A stretch of DNA of 64,000 bases from Babesia bigemina (Eukaryota). How positions within the stretch are numbered: the first letter of the stretch is position 1; each line of letters begins with the position of its first letter. The notes beneath the pieces were generated by a model. The model had not been told where the DNA came from. It searched no databases and saw only the letters and a list, made by a program, of their open reading frames with translations. A program made the translations under genes and the position numbers. Of this stretch, positions 33,988-46,395 are shown one piece after another. The DNA lies in assembly GCF_000981445.1 (NCBI RefSeq), contig NC_027218.1, positions 1,240,001-1,304,000 on the forward strand, read 5' to 3'.

Positions 33988-36900
33988 ATGCACATCAAGG
34001 AGGTAGGAATCCGGGGTTTCCGGACCTACCGGGATCCTTGTGTCTTCCGCTTCTGTCCAGGCTACAACGTGATCGGTTCGTTTCTATTCTATTGATCGTT
34101 TACACACACGCAGTTGGTCTAAATGGTTCTGGGAAGAGTAATGTGTTGCTTGCCGTGAGCTTTGCGCTCGCTGAGACGCTCGAGCACGCCAACCGTAGCT
34201 GCTATCTGTACCGCGGTGCCGAGTCATCGGAGGACGACGACTTTACTGCTCACGTCGAAGTTGTATTCGACGTGTCACGCGATGTTAATATACAATCGGT
34301 AATCGACAATAAGGACGAACTGCGTCTGAAACGCATTTTTTCACGGTCGAAGGATCTCTACCTGGTGAACGGACGTCAAATGTCACGGAAGGATTACCGA
34401 CAGCTGATTGAGAGCGTGAAACTGATCCACTTCAGCAAACAAAGCGCATCATATCGGAACGATTTACATTTTATCGTAAAGCAGGGCGCAATAGGGAAGA
34501 TTTGCAGCCTCAGCTCGGAGGAACGTTTGGCGGCGTTTCGCGATGTTATAGGCCACCGATCGTTCGACTCAAAGATAGAAGAGTCTATGAAACTGCTCAA
34601 GGATTACGATGTCACTTTCAGCTCTGTTGACGCGCAACTATCGCAAATCCAGCGCAAGCTGGACACCCTCGACATTCAGCGTGGCGCAAGCGAGGAGTGG
34701 TCTAAGCTCGATGCTGAGCGACGCGTGCTCCAGGCATCTCTAGTGCTGCTTAAACTATCGCAGTTGCGAGAAAATGCGTCTGCCCAAGAAACTGCGGAGT
34801 CGGAACTGTCCGCCAAAATTAACGAATTACAAGGGCGCGTCGACCTGCTTGAGATGGATGTCAGGGAATCGCGTGGAGCACTGTCGATCATTGAATCCGC
34901 GGAAGAAGCAGGAACTGCTAATGCCGAACTTTCGTCGCTGGAGTCGTCCCTGGCAGATGTGGAAGCGGAGTCCGCTGAGCTTCGCAAGGAGCTGGGTCTG
35001 CTCACCCACACCAAGGGTCAGCTTGAACGGGAGTTGGACACCCTGAACACCTCCTTGGAGTCGTCAGTTGCTGAGTTGGCGGGTGTTGAGAACGATCATG
35101 TGAAGGCGTCTCGTCGTATCCAGGACCTTGAGACACAGCTGAGCGATGTGATGCATCGTCAACACTCCTCCGACGAGAAGGTGAAAGAGCTGATAGAGCG
35201 CTTGGAACAGCGCAAATCAGAGGCACGCGAATCTATAAAAGAGTTCGAGTCGCAAAAGGCCACTCTTTCGTCTTCCTTAACGCGCTGCATGAACGACCAG
35301 GAGCTCCTGCACTCCGAGATTGCCAAGCTCAAGGACCTGTGCGCCGACAAGGCAGCACGCATGGAAGAATGTACAGCGTCTCTTGAGACATCTCTTGAAA
35401 CCAAGCGTATAAAGCAGAACGAGTTGTCTGCGAGCGCTGCGAAGCAGTCGAACTTGCGTGTTCAGTACAGCGACGCTGATAAGAATTTCAGCAAGGTTGC
35501 ATTGTCACAAAAGACGACACTGGGTTTGGTGAAGGACTGGTTAGACAGTGATGACTCAGCGCCTCATCGGGATAGTTATGTGGGCGTGCTCATTGATCTG
35601 GTTACGGTGTCTGATGCGTTCAAGCTTGCTGTGGAGCAAACGCTTGGCCCAAAGTTGTTTACTGTGGTGGTTCGCACTATGAAGTGCGCTAAATCGCTCA
35701 TCAGCCACATAGAAAAGAGCGAAAGCCGCTACAGCAACATCCGTATCGTACCGCTTGACATATTTCCGAAGTCGATCGACATTAACGACATGCATCTGCC
35801 GAACTCTGTTGATCGGGCAGAGGCGATGCCGCTGATGGATTGCCTTACGTTTGACGACCACCTTAAGCCATTGATTCGATCTTTGCTAGGTGACTTTTGC
35901 TTGGTTGAGAACGCCGATGTGGCATCGCGCATATCGGGCAACCGTGTTAACTGCGTGACCCCAGATGGACAGGTGTTCTACCACCGCGGATCGGTATCTG
36001 GAGGCTATGTGGACATGAAGGAGTCCATATTGCGTTTGTATGACATAATGAAGCAGGCGGGCGCCGATTTGGCTGCAGAGGATGAGCACGTCGCTCGTCT
36101 ACAGAGCGATCTGGAGTCCCTTGGCGAGGTATACGCTGTTATATCTGTTTCTAACCGTTATGCAGGAGCAAACGAAGCTAGCCCAGCAACGCAACGTATT
36201 CAAATCGGAGCGTGCATCGCTTCAGGAAAACCTGCGCCAGCTACAGATATCGTTGCAACATCTCACTAGGTGGGTCGTACCTTAGCCGAGTTACACAGCA
36301 TCTCAGCCTCGAGGACTCAATTCGCCATAAACTTTCTGATAACTCGACAGAACGCCTTTTGTACCAGATAAAATCTTGGGACGAGCAAATCGAGGTTTAC
36401 AAGCGTGCTGCGACGCCCTCACCTGCCGCTTTGGCTGAGCTTGCGTCACGCCAGTCAAGTCTTGAATCTGAACTGGTTGCATTGCGCCGGCAGAAATGCA
36501 CGCTTGAGTCTCGCGCTCATGAGTTGCGCGATAATGTTTCGGTCCTGCAGGATAAGCGCAATGCACTGGCGAAACGCGTGATCACCACCCTGCAGCTTCT
36601 GGAGGATTACTCGGGCCACCTCCGCGACCTTGAGCAACGATCCGCATCTTTGACCCAGTCACGCGACTCCATAGGGTCAGAAATTCTGAAGGCGTCAGAG
36701 GAGCGCGAAAAATCCCAGCGCCAGCTTGATGAGCTGTGTTCGCGCATCCACAAGCTGGAGACGGAACTTGCCTCCCAGAAGGCCGCTTTGGCTGAAGCAA
36801 CTGCTCAACTCCGAGATACATCACAAACACTGTCAAGTATCAAGTAAGTCCTCTGAGTCGAGTTTTTTGTAACATTGTTTTACAGAATCTCAATTAAAGA

Positions 36901-37916
36901 GTCGGAGGACGAGCTGTCACGTCTGGATCAGGCTGTCTTAGAAGAGGCCAAGCAAACCCCGGTTTACAACAAGGACGACCTCATGTCTCGGCTTGCCGAA
37001 ATAAACAAACGCTGCTCGAAGTTCGATCTGTCAGTCCGTGGATGCTCACAGGACAGTGCCGCACTGCGCGGTAGGTTCATCCATCGTCATGGTGACGACC
37101 TGCAGCGGAATTCAAGGAACTGCGCCAGCGCCAGGAGCGAATATCACGTTCCAATGCGGCGATTCTGAAGTCTATCAGGGTGGGTCGAATAAGCCTTGTC
37201 TACGCATGTCCACTCAGGCTTTGAAGAGCCAGAAGGACAGTAACCTCGTCCAGATGCTTAGCCAGCTGAACGACAAACTGTCGCAGACTTTTGAGGAGCT
37301 CGTGCCCGGAGGCCGTATTCGTGCGGTATGTGGAATTTCAGCGTTGACACTAGACTCAGGTCCTGCTCCGCAGAGAACTCGCTACCAGCGAGCCTTTGGC
37401 CCACGTTGCCGTGTGTCTGCCCGGTATGTTTGTATGCCTTTCGTGGTAATACAAATTTGTACAGAGTGCTTTGTTGAGTCTCCAGATGAGGAGAAATTCA
37501 CGGGTTTGGACCTGAAGGTGTCCTTCAGTGCCGGCTCGGATGGTATGCAGCAGTTGTACCAGCTCTCCGGCGGCCAGAAGACCCTGGTTTCACTTGCATT
37601 TATACTCGCCGCACAGCGCCTGCAAGCGGCCCCCTTTTACCTGCTTGACGAGATCGACGCCGCACTGGACGAGGGATACCGCGTCAACGTTTCGCGCCTA
37701 TTGGAGCGCCAGTGCCGAGAGGGGTCGCAGTGCATTCTGACCACGTTCCGGTACGTTGCCCGCATCGATTTATTATTGTGTGTACACAGCCCCGAACTAC
37801 TACACCCGGGAGAAGTTTTTTACGAGGTTTGCAACGAAGGCGGCGTCAGCGTGGCCCATCGTGTGGGTCTGGATGACGCCATGTCCGTGATAAGCCGGGT
37901 GAGTTCCCAGCACTAG
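33988..37916 (+). CDS. SMC3: Structural maintenance of chromosomes protein 3 (cohesin), multi-exon
   Basis: MHIKEVGIRGFRTYRD, GLNGSGKSN, coiled coils, hinge (CVTPDGQVFYHRGSVSGGY), LSGGQKTLVSLAFILAAQRLQAAPFYLLDEIDAALD. Confidence 0.92.
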
Positions 37917-38131
37917 GTTTCACAATATTCAGTGTACTCTTGCCATTACCAATGGCCCTGTTGAATAATTTTGCGAATGTCTGCCTCCTTCACCACGATT
38001 GTTTTGGGCGAAATGGCCGTTGCGACTCTACACATTTACGGGGTGCACATCACTAGCGCACTACGGTCCTTCGCCGTGGCAAGCGTTTAACTGTTTACTT
38101 TTTAATGTAGTTTTTGCTTTGATGAGCCGCG

Positions 38132-39407
38132 ATGAGCTCCGCTACGCGCTCTCCCGCAGTGCCGAGCAACGGCGACACATCAGAACAAGGCGACGACACG
38201 TCGTCCGCAACGGACTCCCAGAGTGCCCCGGCGGCGCCGAGCGAGCCCATATATTACCTATATGGCGATGATGAACGTTGGTGGGAGGAGGAAGAGACTA
38301 AGGGCGGGGAGATCCCAGCCGCGGAGGCATGGGAGCATCCACCGCGTCACCAGTGCCTCCTGGAGACTATCCACAAGCTGAACGACACACACATCCGCTC
38401 CCCGTTCCTGTACACGCGCTACCCGCACGAATATAAGAGCGAGGCGTACGCACTTTATCACCAGCCAGGGGCGCAGAGCAAGAAGAGTAGGTGTATTAAC
38501 GACGGCAGCAGAAACACTGTACCGCAGGTGAACACCCCAAAGAGCAGTCGAGTCCCAAACAATCGGATGATCCCCAGCGCCGCCGTGTGAACATCGAGCT
38601 GACCCCCGTCAAGCGCCCGGAAGCATGCACGAAACCCCGCAAGAGCCTACGCGAACGATTGGAGGATGGCGAGGTAAGTTACGCTTAGCGCAGTTCGATG
38701 ACACTTTGCAGGTTGTGTTCTATGAGGATTACGTGGAGCGTGAAATCGCGCGTGACTACTGCCGCCTGTTCGGGCGCCCGTTTTCCGTGCCTCGGCACGA
38801 CTGGGGTGGCGGCGACTTCTTTTTCGGGGAACACGTGCCAACGGTAACCAGTGTTCCAAAAGAGGTTCCTAGGCAGGATGAGGACGATAAGCTGTCGGAA
38901 AAATCTGCCGAATCTGTGGAAGATCCTGTGAAGCACCGTCAGGTGGACGCGCTGATTCTGTCAGACACCAGTCTGGACCCGGCGCAGCGTCAGGAAATGC
39001 TGGACGGCAAGATTGCCAATCTATACAGTGCGTTGCCGTCAGGCGCCACGAGACAGCGCCACCCGAAGGATCGGCTGGTCAGCTACCACCACCTGCGTAC
39101 GTATGCATACATGATCGACTCAGTGACTAAGTGCCCGCTGATTCACGTGGAACTTCAGTCGGCGCTGCAGCAGGGGTGGTCGCCTGAGCGCGAAACGGCC
39201 AAGTTACAGCCTCGGACCCGCACCCTACAACCGCCCAAGGACCCCTACACCGTAACTCCGGAGCAGCTCGCGCGCGCCAACGAGATTCTGGCAGGCCGGC
39301 GCAAGATAAAGGCGGATTCATCCAAGGACGTGAAGGTGATGGTGTCACGTCGCCAGGCGGCGCAGAAGGAAACCGTTCAGGTGGGCGGGGGTCGTTACGA
39401 AGTGTAA
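38132..39407 (+). CDS. Hypothetical protein, 3 exons
   Basis: Introns near 38487-38527 and 38674-38711 join the ORFs in frame; coding-like GC bias; no recognised motif. Confidence 0.65.
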
Positions 39408-40420
39408 CCGCAACGCCGCATGTACGCTATCTGAGGTGCCATTTGTGGTTATAGGGGGCTAATTACGCGCCTGGAGTGTTAACGACTCCAAAAAGTGTCA
39501 AGTGAAGTCATAGCTGGTCGGGAAGTGTGGGCACACCTCCCATACACCTCGCACGTATATCGCCAAAACATGCCGCCAGCAGCCGAGCCTAGACCTCAAA
39601 ATGAGGCATGTGTACTATGTATTTGCTGTTGAACCGCAAATTCAACGGTAGTATCCGAATCTGTTGCTGATCCTGAGGATCAGCTTCCACGGCGCGCGAT
39701 GTAGCTTCCTTCCGCGCATCTACCATCACACTAACGCGGTACCTGCCGTTCATCGGCCATAAAATCTCATTTAGCCGGTTGTGGGAGCTCCTTCTATTAG
39801 CGTTGGCCGGGCTTAATGTGTTAGCCGCGGAGCCTTGCATGGTAAGCGCACACCGTCGAGTTAACGGTTCGTCTGGCGCCCGCGCTGCGTTTTACGCGTC
39901 GTATTTAAGCCCATCTGCTGCGCCTGTAGTGATCGTAAGGGCGTCTCGCGCGCTGGCGTCAATTAGCGTACTGGGACAGCGCATTCAAGCGGTGTGTCAG
40001 GTTTCCGGCTTTTATGACCGTTAAGTCGCCTGGTGGATTAAAAGTTAGGAGTTAGGCCCGCACGGAGTTTTTCGCCCGTATTTGATGTGCAGCAATCGGC
40101 GACATCGCCATATAGGGGATGCTGTGTGAACACATCTTGGGCGCCTTCGTCAGTCCATTCATCGAAATTGTAAAACATCGTAGGCTAGATTACCTGCAGT
40201 AATGTTGGCCTAATTGAGGAGTAACAGCGTGCAGCCTGGCCGTGGTTTTGTGCTGATTTGCACAGCCATTCGTCGGTTAGTTTGCGCGTTTTGTTGTCGT
40301 GCGCGACGACTTCGCGGTGGACATCTGGATTACTCTGAGGGCCTGGCATTTATCGGAGTTGGCGTCAGGTCACGCGCGTGTTGATGGCTTGGCGGTTTCC
40401 TGCGGCACTTGCTGGTCAGA

Positions 40421-41437
40421 ATGATCACTAGGTCGTTGGAGATTCGCGTGGGCGGTAAGTACCGGCTTGGTCGTAAAATTGGCAGCGGTTCCTTCGGCGA
40501 CATATTTATCGGAACGCACATCACGACTGGCGAGGATGTTGCGATAAAGCTGGAGTCCCACCGCAGCCGCCACCCGCAGCTGCTGTACGAGTCCAAACTC
40601 TACAAGCTGCTGGCTGGCGGCGTGGGTATTCCCACGATCCACTGGTACGGGATTGAGGGCGAGTACAACATACTGATCATGGATTTGTTGGGACCGTCTC
40701 TGGAAGACCTGTTTACCATATGCAACCGTAAGCTTAGTCTGAAGACGGTCCTCATGCTTGCGGACCAGATGCTGAACCGCATCGAATATTGTCACTCGAA
40801 GAACTTCATTCACCGCGACATAAAGCCCGACAATTTCCTCATCGGGCGCGGTAAGAAGATCTCGATCGTTTACATTATCGACTTCGGGCTCGCGAAGAAG
40901 TACCGCGACCCCAAGACTGCGCAACACATTTGTTATCGCGAGGGTAAAAACCTGACCGGTACCGCGCGTTATGCAAGCATAAACACCCACCTGGGCATAG
41001 AACAGAGTCGCCGTGACGACATGGAGGCGCTGGGCTACGTGTTACTGTACTTTATGCGAGGCTCCTTGCCGTGGCAAGGTCTGAAGGCTACTAGCAAGAA
41101 GGACAAGTACGACAAGATCAGCGAGAAAAAGATTGCGATCCCCGTTGACCTTTTGTGCAAGCAGCTGCCGTTTGAGTTCGTGACTTTCATCAACTACGCG
41201 CGCTCTTTACGGTTCGAGGACCGTCCGGACTACTCGTATCTGCGTCGTATACTGAAGGACCTGTTCTTCCGTCAGGGGTACCAGTACGACTTCATTTTCG
41301 ACTGGACTTTCCTGCACACAGCGCAGCTGATGCACACGATGATGAACGAGGACATCGAGCGCTTCGAGCGGCTGACCAAGGATCGCGAGCGCGAGGCCGA
41401 GGAACCCAATACCAGGCCCGTGCTGAAGAACAAGTAG
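40421..41437 (+). CDS. CK1: Casein kinase I
   Basis: [53 protein letters not shown] motifs. Confidence 0.98.
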   Translation: MITRSLEIRVGGKYRLGRKIGSGSFGDIFIGTHITTGEDVAIKLESHRSRHPQLLYESKLYKLLAGGVGIPTIHWYGIEGEYNILIMDLLGPSLEDLFTICNRKLSLKTVLMLADQMLNRIEYCHSKNFIHRDIKPDNFLIGRGKKISIVYIIDFGLAKKYRDPKTAQHICYREGKNLTGTARYASINTHLGIEQSRRDDMEALGYVLLYFMRGSLPWQGLKATSKKDKYDKISEKKIAIPVDLLCKQLPFEFVTFINYARSLRFEDRPDYSYLRRILKDLFFRQGYQYDFIFDWTFLHTAQLMHTMMNEDIERFERLTKDREREAEEPNTRPVLKNK

Positions 41438-42571
41438 GTGGTTACCGCCTCTCAACATTCCGTCGGTAATTACCTATGCGACACGTATAGTATAGGTTGT
41501 TTGGGTACATATGCCATTGTTAGGCGGAGTGCCACCTCGTTTGTTCCCACCAAGATGCGGAATATGGAGGGATGCACAACGCTCTTCGTTGCGTCGGTAT
41601 CACGGTAATGTACGCATTCGTGTGTTAAGATGGTGTTCGATGGGCCTGTTTCGTTCGGCTACTGCACGCTGCTGCACCTGGGCGTTGATATAACGGATGG
41701 TGAGGAAGCAGGCTCCGGATCCAAACAGCACCTCTCGTTTCCCCACGAAACTATAGATGATGCAGAGCATATTAGGGATAATGAGAACAATAGCCAGCAC
41801 TGTCTTATTAGCTGTGTTATGCGCATATGTTCCCAACTAATAATCATAATATGTTTCAATGAACCCCCTGTGTTCACATTGTGTCAGTGGTTATGATAGC
41901 GTGATGTGCTACAAGTTTGATATGCTGCGTGTTAACGAGATGTCGCACGTATAGCATTCATTGTATGAGTGTCATTGCGTGGGTTGGTCAGTGAGTTGGT
42001 GACATTGCCATCTGCTATCTAGAAATGCGTGTGTGACGTGTTACGAAGGTGCACATTAAATAGGCAGAAGCATTTGCACATCAATGCTATTATTGAAGCA
42101 CAAACATGAGTGTATCTGGTGCAGTAAACTCATAGTTTGGTGATTAGGAAAACAGTGGACAAGGGATCACTCTCACCGGCTGCTACTCAAGATGCTATAA
42201 AGAGTTAATTGTGAGATGGGCATTCACAACATCCGAATGATGAACCACGATTTTCACACAAGCTGACGTAACAGCATATAGGTGTTTGACGTATCATAAA
42301 CACGAATAATGGCCAAAATCATGCGTAATCAGGTATAATGCTATAGCGAGCTGCAAACACGTACATAATTAGGTACCTTGTTATGTCATGTATTCACATT
42401 GAATGAGAAGTCTATAGAAGAATGCTATCTGCAGTAGGTACAAATATAAGATATCACTGAGGTGAAGGCGTAGAGTCATTGTCATGCAAGAACTAAATAA
42501 TACTGCATAGCAATCCATCCCATGGTAACAAACAACATCGTTAATGTGATAACTATTAACAAAATATAGGG

Positions 42572-43323
42572 TTACCGAAGCAGGTCCTCGTCGAAGTAGT
42601 CGACGTCTTTGTAAAGTGAAAGCATATTCCGGCCTTTCGTGAGTAAGGCCTTGACGTCGATGTGGTAGGAAGCCTTGGTGCGGATAAGGTCTGATCGTAT
42701 ACGCAGCACGTCCAGGCGGTATAGCATCGTGTTGGCGATGACCAGCAATGCGGCCGACCACAATGCCACGATGGTGTAGATGAATGGCTCCCGGACTCTG
42801 TAGAGGAAATCGTCCATGGCGGTCATGAGTGATGCGATAGGCTTGCCGTTGACAGTTTCCTGCAGCATGGTGATGACCTGTTTACATGTGAGTGGTGACT
42901 GCGATTGACCCTCCGGCGGCGTGAACCCGTGTAAGTAGAGGAGGGGCAGCGCAGTGGAACACTGGTGGAGGGAATAGCACTTGCTGCTGTCATGATGTTT
43001 TTGCAAATCGTAGTGCAATTTTTGAAGTGACTCCCACAGTCTGTCAGGTAGGTACACCGTCCAGCTGAGGTAGGTGTGGGCAAAGGTATGAGAGTAGAGG
43101 GCGTAGGGCCGGTAGGTGATGGGCGAGCAATGCGGAGGGCAGTTGTCAGGGTCACTGCCGCAGCCAACCAGTGTGGACAGGGTACGGGGATGTGCATAGT
43201 CGTGGCTGGAGTTGTGTTTGGATATGAGAGACTCTGCACCCCGGATGCCAAGGACAATGTCGAGGTTGGAGGCACTAAGATGATCCCAGTCGGGGTGTGG
43301 AGTGCGGAGGGGATCGCCCAGCG
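42572..43323 (-). pseudogene. 3'-terminal fragment of ves1b-like gene (Cys region, TM, tail)
   Basis: Open frame HPDWDHL...TYLSWTVYLPDRL...LPLLYLHGFT...REPFIYTIVALWSAALLVIANTMLYRLDVLRIRS; in-frame TAA immediately upstream; no N-terminal part. Confidence 0.8.
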
Positions 43324-45019
43324 ATTATACTATGCATGATAATAAAACAGTAAAAGACTCATTTTGTGCTCTCAAAACTCATTAGACAGGACGATTATCT
43401 TGTAAGCATCCCACCTACGTGAGGGGGAGGAAGGCAATGAGCCCATGAATACGGTAATGCCGAATATTGGCTGGCATAAGAGACTGGAGCAAGGCTGGAA
43501 GACGGGATACCCCATGAGGTGTCTGAGCAGAATACCGTACAGCCCTTCTGACCCAGCATTGCGACCCTGCCAAGCCGTCTCCCCTAGGAGCTAGGGAGCA
43601 TCTAAGGGTCCGCCACCGAAAATATCGCCAGATATCACAACAGTACGCTTTACACCACATAAACAACATGCTTAGAAGGTCAAACATAGACTGATCAATT
43701 CACTCCATATTCATGTCTACATTATCTGTTCGATGTTGTAAATTCAGTCATGGGATAAGGCATCAAATTAGTTGCCGTCGAAGCAATATAATGTTTCGAT
43801 GGCCATGCTTCAATATCTTCGAATGCGTTGCCCTTTACCCACCTAACCACGTGGTAATAGCCCTGTGCCATCCATACAACGGCTTTGCAATCCAGCTGAC
43901 TACTTCAATCTCTCAGTCGGCGGATCTGATTGCTAGTCGACTAAAGATTACACGCTTCATCATTATGTCAGCATTATACTGCCGATTCTGTCAACGCCTA
44001 TCGTCTGAGCCCAAACGAGGTCGGGGACATTGTAGACATGAGGCGTATCTCGGATATTTCGCTTACTCCCGACATTGATTGCAGTTATCACATCTTTATC
44101 GCATTGAGAAGTTTCAACATTACCATATGAGCATTCTATTGATGTACCTCACCCGCATGCCACCAAGCGTTAAGCCGTGTGGATGAGGCCGATGGCAGGT
44201 GGCACCTCGAAACCCGCACTTCAACATCATCCGTGTTGCACAACAAATGTGTTATGGAGCAGCTGAAATCGTACGTTGTTAATGTACTATGGTCAAGTAA
44301 CTCCATGGCGCTATGCATCCCAACGGTGGTCTGGTGTGGTCAACCACTGCCACCGTTGTTGTCAAGGGTAGTGGAGCCACTGAGGTGGAATGGAAGTTGC
44401 CGTCAAACAACAATCTTTGTGTATTATGGACATAGTCGATCCTTCAAATCGTGAACAATTATGCTGATGGGTGTACCCCATGTTACTGATTCAAGTAGTT
44501 CCAAAATTTGAGCTAAGTCAAGGATAGACGTGGATACACAAAGCACTGGTAATTATATTATTCCCACATACACGAATCAAAAGCTCTGATGGCAACGCAA
44601 GGAATACACCTCGCAATCAACAACCGGAGACAGGACGTTTTTTTACTCAGCTTTAACGTCAAGTGTTTGCACAAATTAGTATCAGGATAATCAACCTGTT
44701 CGATTGAGAAACAATGTTTTGTGTCTGAGCTACACGATACTTCGAGTAGTAGTTACGGATATGAATTGTGGATAAGGTGGATGTTGAGTTTTAGGGGCTC
44801 CAGAAATAATTAGAGAAACTTAAAAATAGTGAGAAATCAATGGCAAACTAGGATTATCGGCATGACAGAATGGTCGAGGAGACTTTGATGGCAATAACAG
44901 GCACTCGTAACTACATTACCTAATGGTTGGTGGACCGCGTGAGATAGGTTGTGGCGGCATCACGCTGATAGGTATCAGTAAATTGGCGATGAAGATCACA
45001 CGTGCAGATGCGATTAGAA

Positions 45020-45190
45020 TTACAGGTACGATATCTTGGAAAGGCTGCCGACGTGTGATGCAGCGAGTGGTGATTGCGAGGCAATACGGTGGCTTGAGGG
45101 ACTATACGAATGCGATCGGATGTGGAGGGGAGAAATCAGTGACAATTACGTTCACTAAACCTAAGCCATGAGAGCAAAAGTAGATACAGC
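45020..45190 (-). pseudogene. Decayed ves TM/cytoplasmic tail remnant downstream of Cys-rich copy C
   Basis: Translates LHIRSHSYSPSSHRIASQSPLAASHVGSLSKISYL*; preceded out of frame by YLLLLSWL. Confidence 0.75.
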
Positions 45191-45237
45191 TAATATATTA
45201 TTAACTAATGTAACATGTCTACGTGTAAAATGTGAGC

Positions 45238-45603
45238 CTATGAGAGTCCACTGTAGGGGCTCCGTCGAGGTGTTGGGAGGATGTTGGACAGCTTTTGATA
45301 AGTTATGTTTAGCAGACCGAAATGGTAACATGAAACAACTATGACTAAGATAACGAATATGGGAATAAAAATCCACGCCTTTTTTTTCATACAACATAGA
45401 CAAGTACACTTCAATACTGCTTTGCATCTTGGACATTTAGATGTATCGCATATTTTTTGTTCCTTTGTGAGCGTTGCGCAATTCGATCGACATTTCTGGC
45501 AAGTCGAACACTTCGAACAACACCAAGGACAGCACTGACAACTGGATCCGGAGCAGGATCCGCTGCCACTACTGCTACACGGGCACTCTAGATTATCACC
45601 CAT
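45238..45603 (-). CDS. Small Cys-rich single-TM protein, family copy C (121 aa, no stalk, different TM/tail)
   Basis: 19 Cys with the same CxC...CxCCPWCCxxC...CxCxCC spacing, directly followed by TM AWIFIPIFVILVIVVSCYHF; same upstream element. Confidence 0.75.
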   Translation of the reverse strand: MGDNLECPCSSSGSGSCSGSSCQCCPWCCSKCSTCQKCRSNCATLTKEQKICDTSKCPRCKAVLKCTCLCCMKKKAWIFIPIFVILVIVVSCYHFGLLNITYQKLSNILPTPRRSPYSGLS

Positions 45604-46395
45604 ATTCCCCTTCCTTTACATCTACCTGCAATAGCGTCAAACACATGCCTTAGTCTCGGACTCCCCCTATTCTTTCCCATCAACCTGCACAAGCGTGAAC
45701 CACGCACCTGAGCAGGAACACTGGCTGTCTCCCATCTGGGCCCCAACGAACCATACAACCGTCATCCACCGCACCGCCAGTCACATCACATCTATGCAGA
45801 TATCAGGACAGAAATACAGCTACGTTAACGCATGTGGCTGGTGTCCTGCCCGTGGCATGCATGTCAACCGGTGCCAGCTGGGCAGCTGACTCCATCCATC
45901 ACAGACCAAACAACATAGCCAGCGCTTAATACTACTGTTACATCTATGCCTTAATGAGTGCCTAACTGAGCCACATCACTTGATTAATGTGCTTCTCATT
46001 TACACTGCTACCACCAGTTACACTTAACCACGCCATACACGGGCCATCACGTCGGGTAAACACAGCTACATACATCGCCTCGCACCGCACATAATGGCTA
46101 ACGTGCCAAACAAACACGTTATATACGGCTCACTTTCACTTATCAGACCACGTTTCAGCAGCCTACATTAGTGGCTCATAACCCAGAATCACTGCCCACT
46201 AGAACCGTGGGAGGGCGTTGGCACGTTTCACAGGTAGCTCACAACTCGACATCCCAAACCACGAACCTATCACGGCATAAACTACATCGACTGTCAAATT
46301 GCTGGCCATCTATTAGGTAATATATTTGGGTGAGTATTTGGTTAGGCGGCGGGTTGCTAGGTAGTGAGTTAGGTGGGTGGTGGTGAGGTGGTCTA

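Noticed and set aside
43330..44900. Possible genes or a decayed ves fragment (CIAPW-like remnant near 44300-44325, minus strand)
   Set aside because: Similarity too short and frameshifted to support a call.
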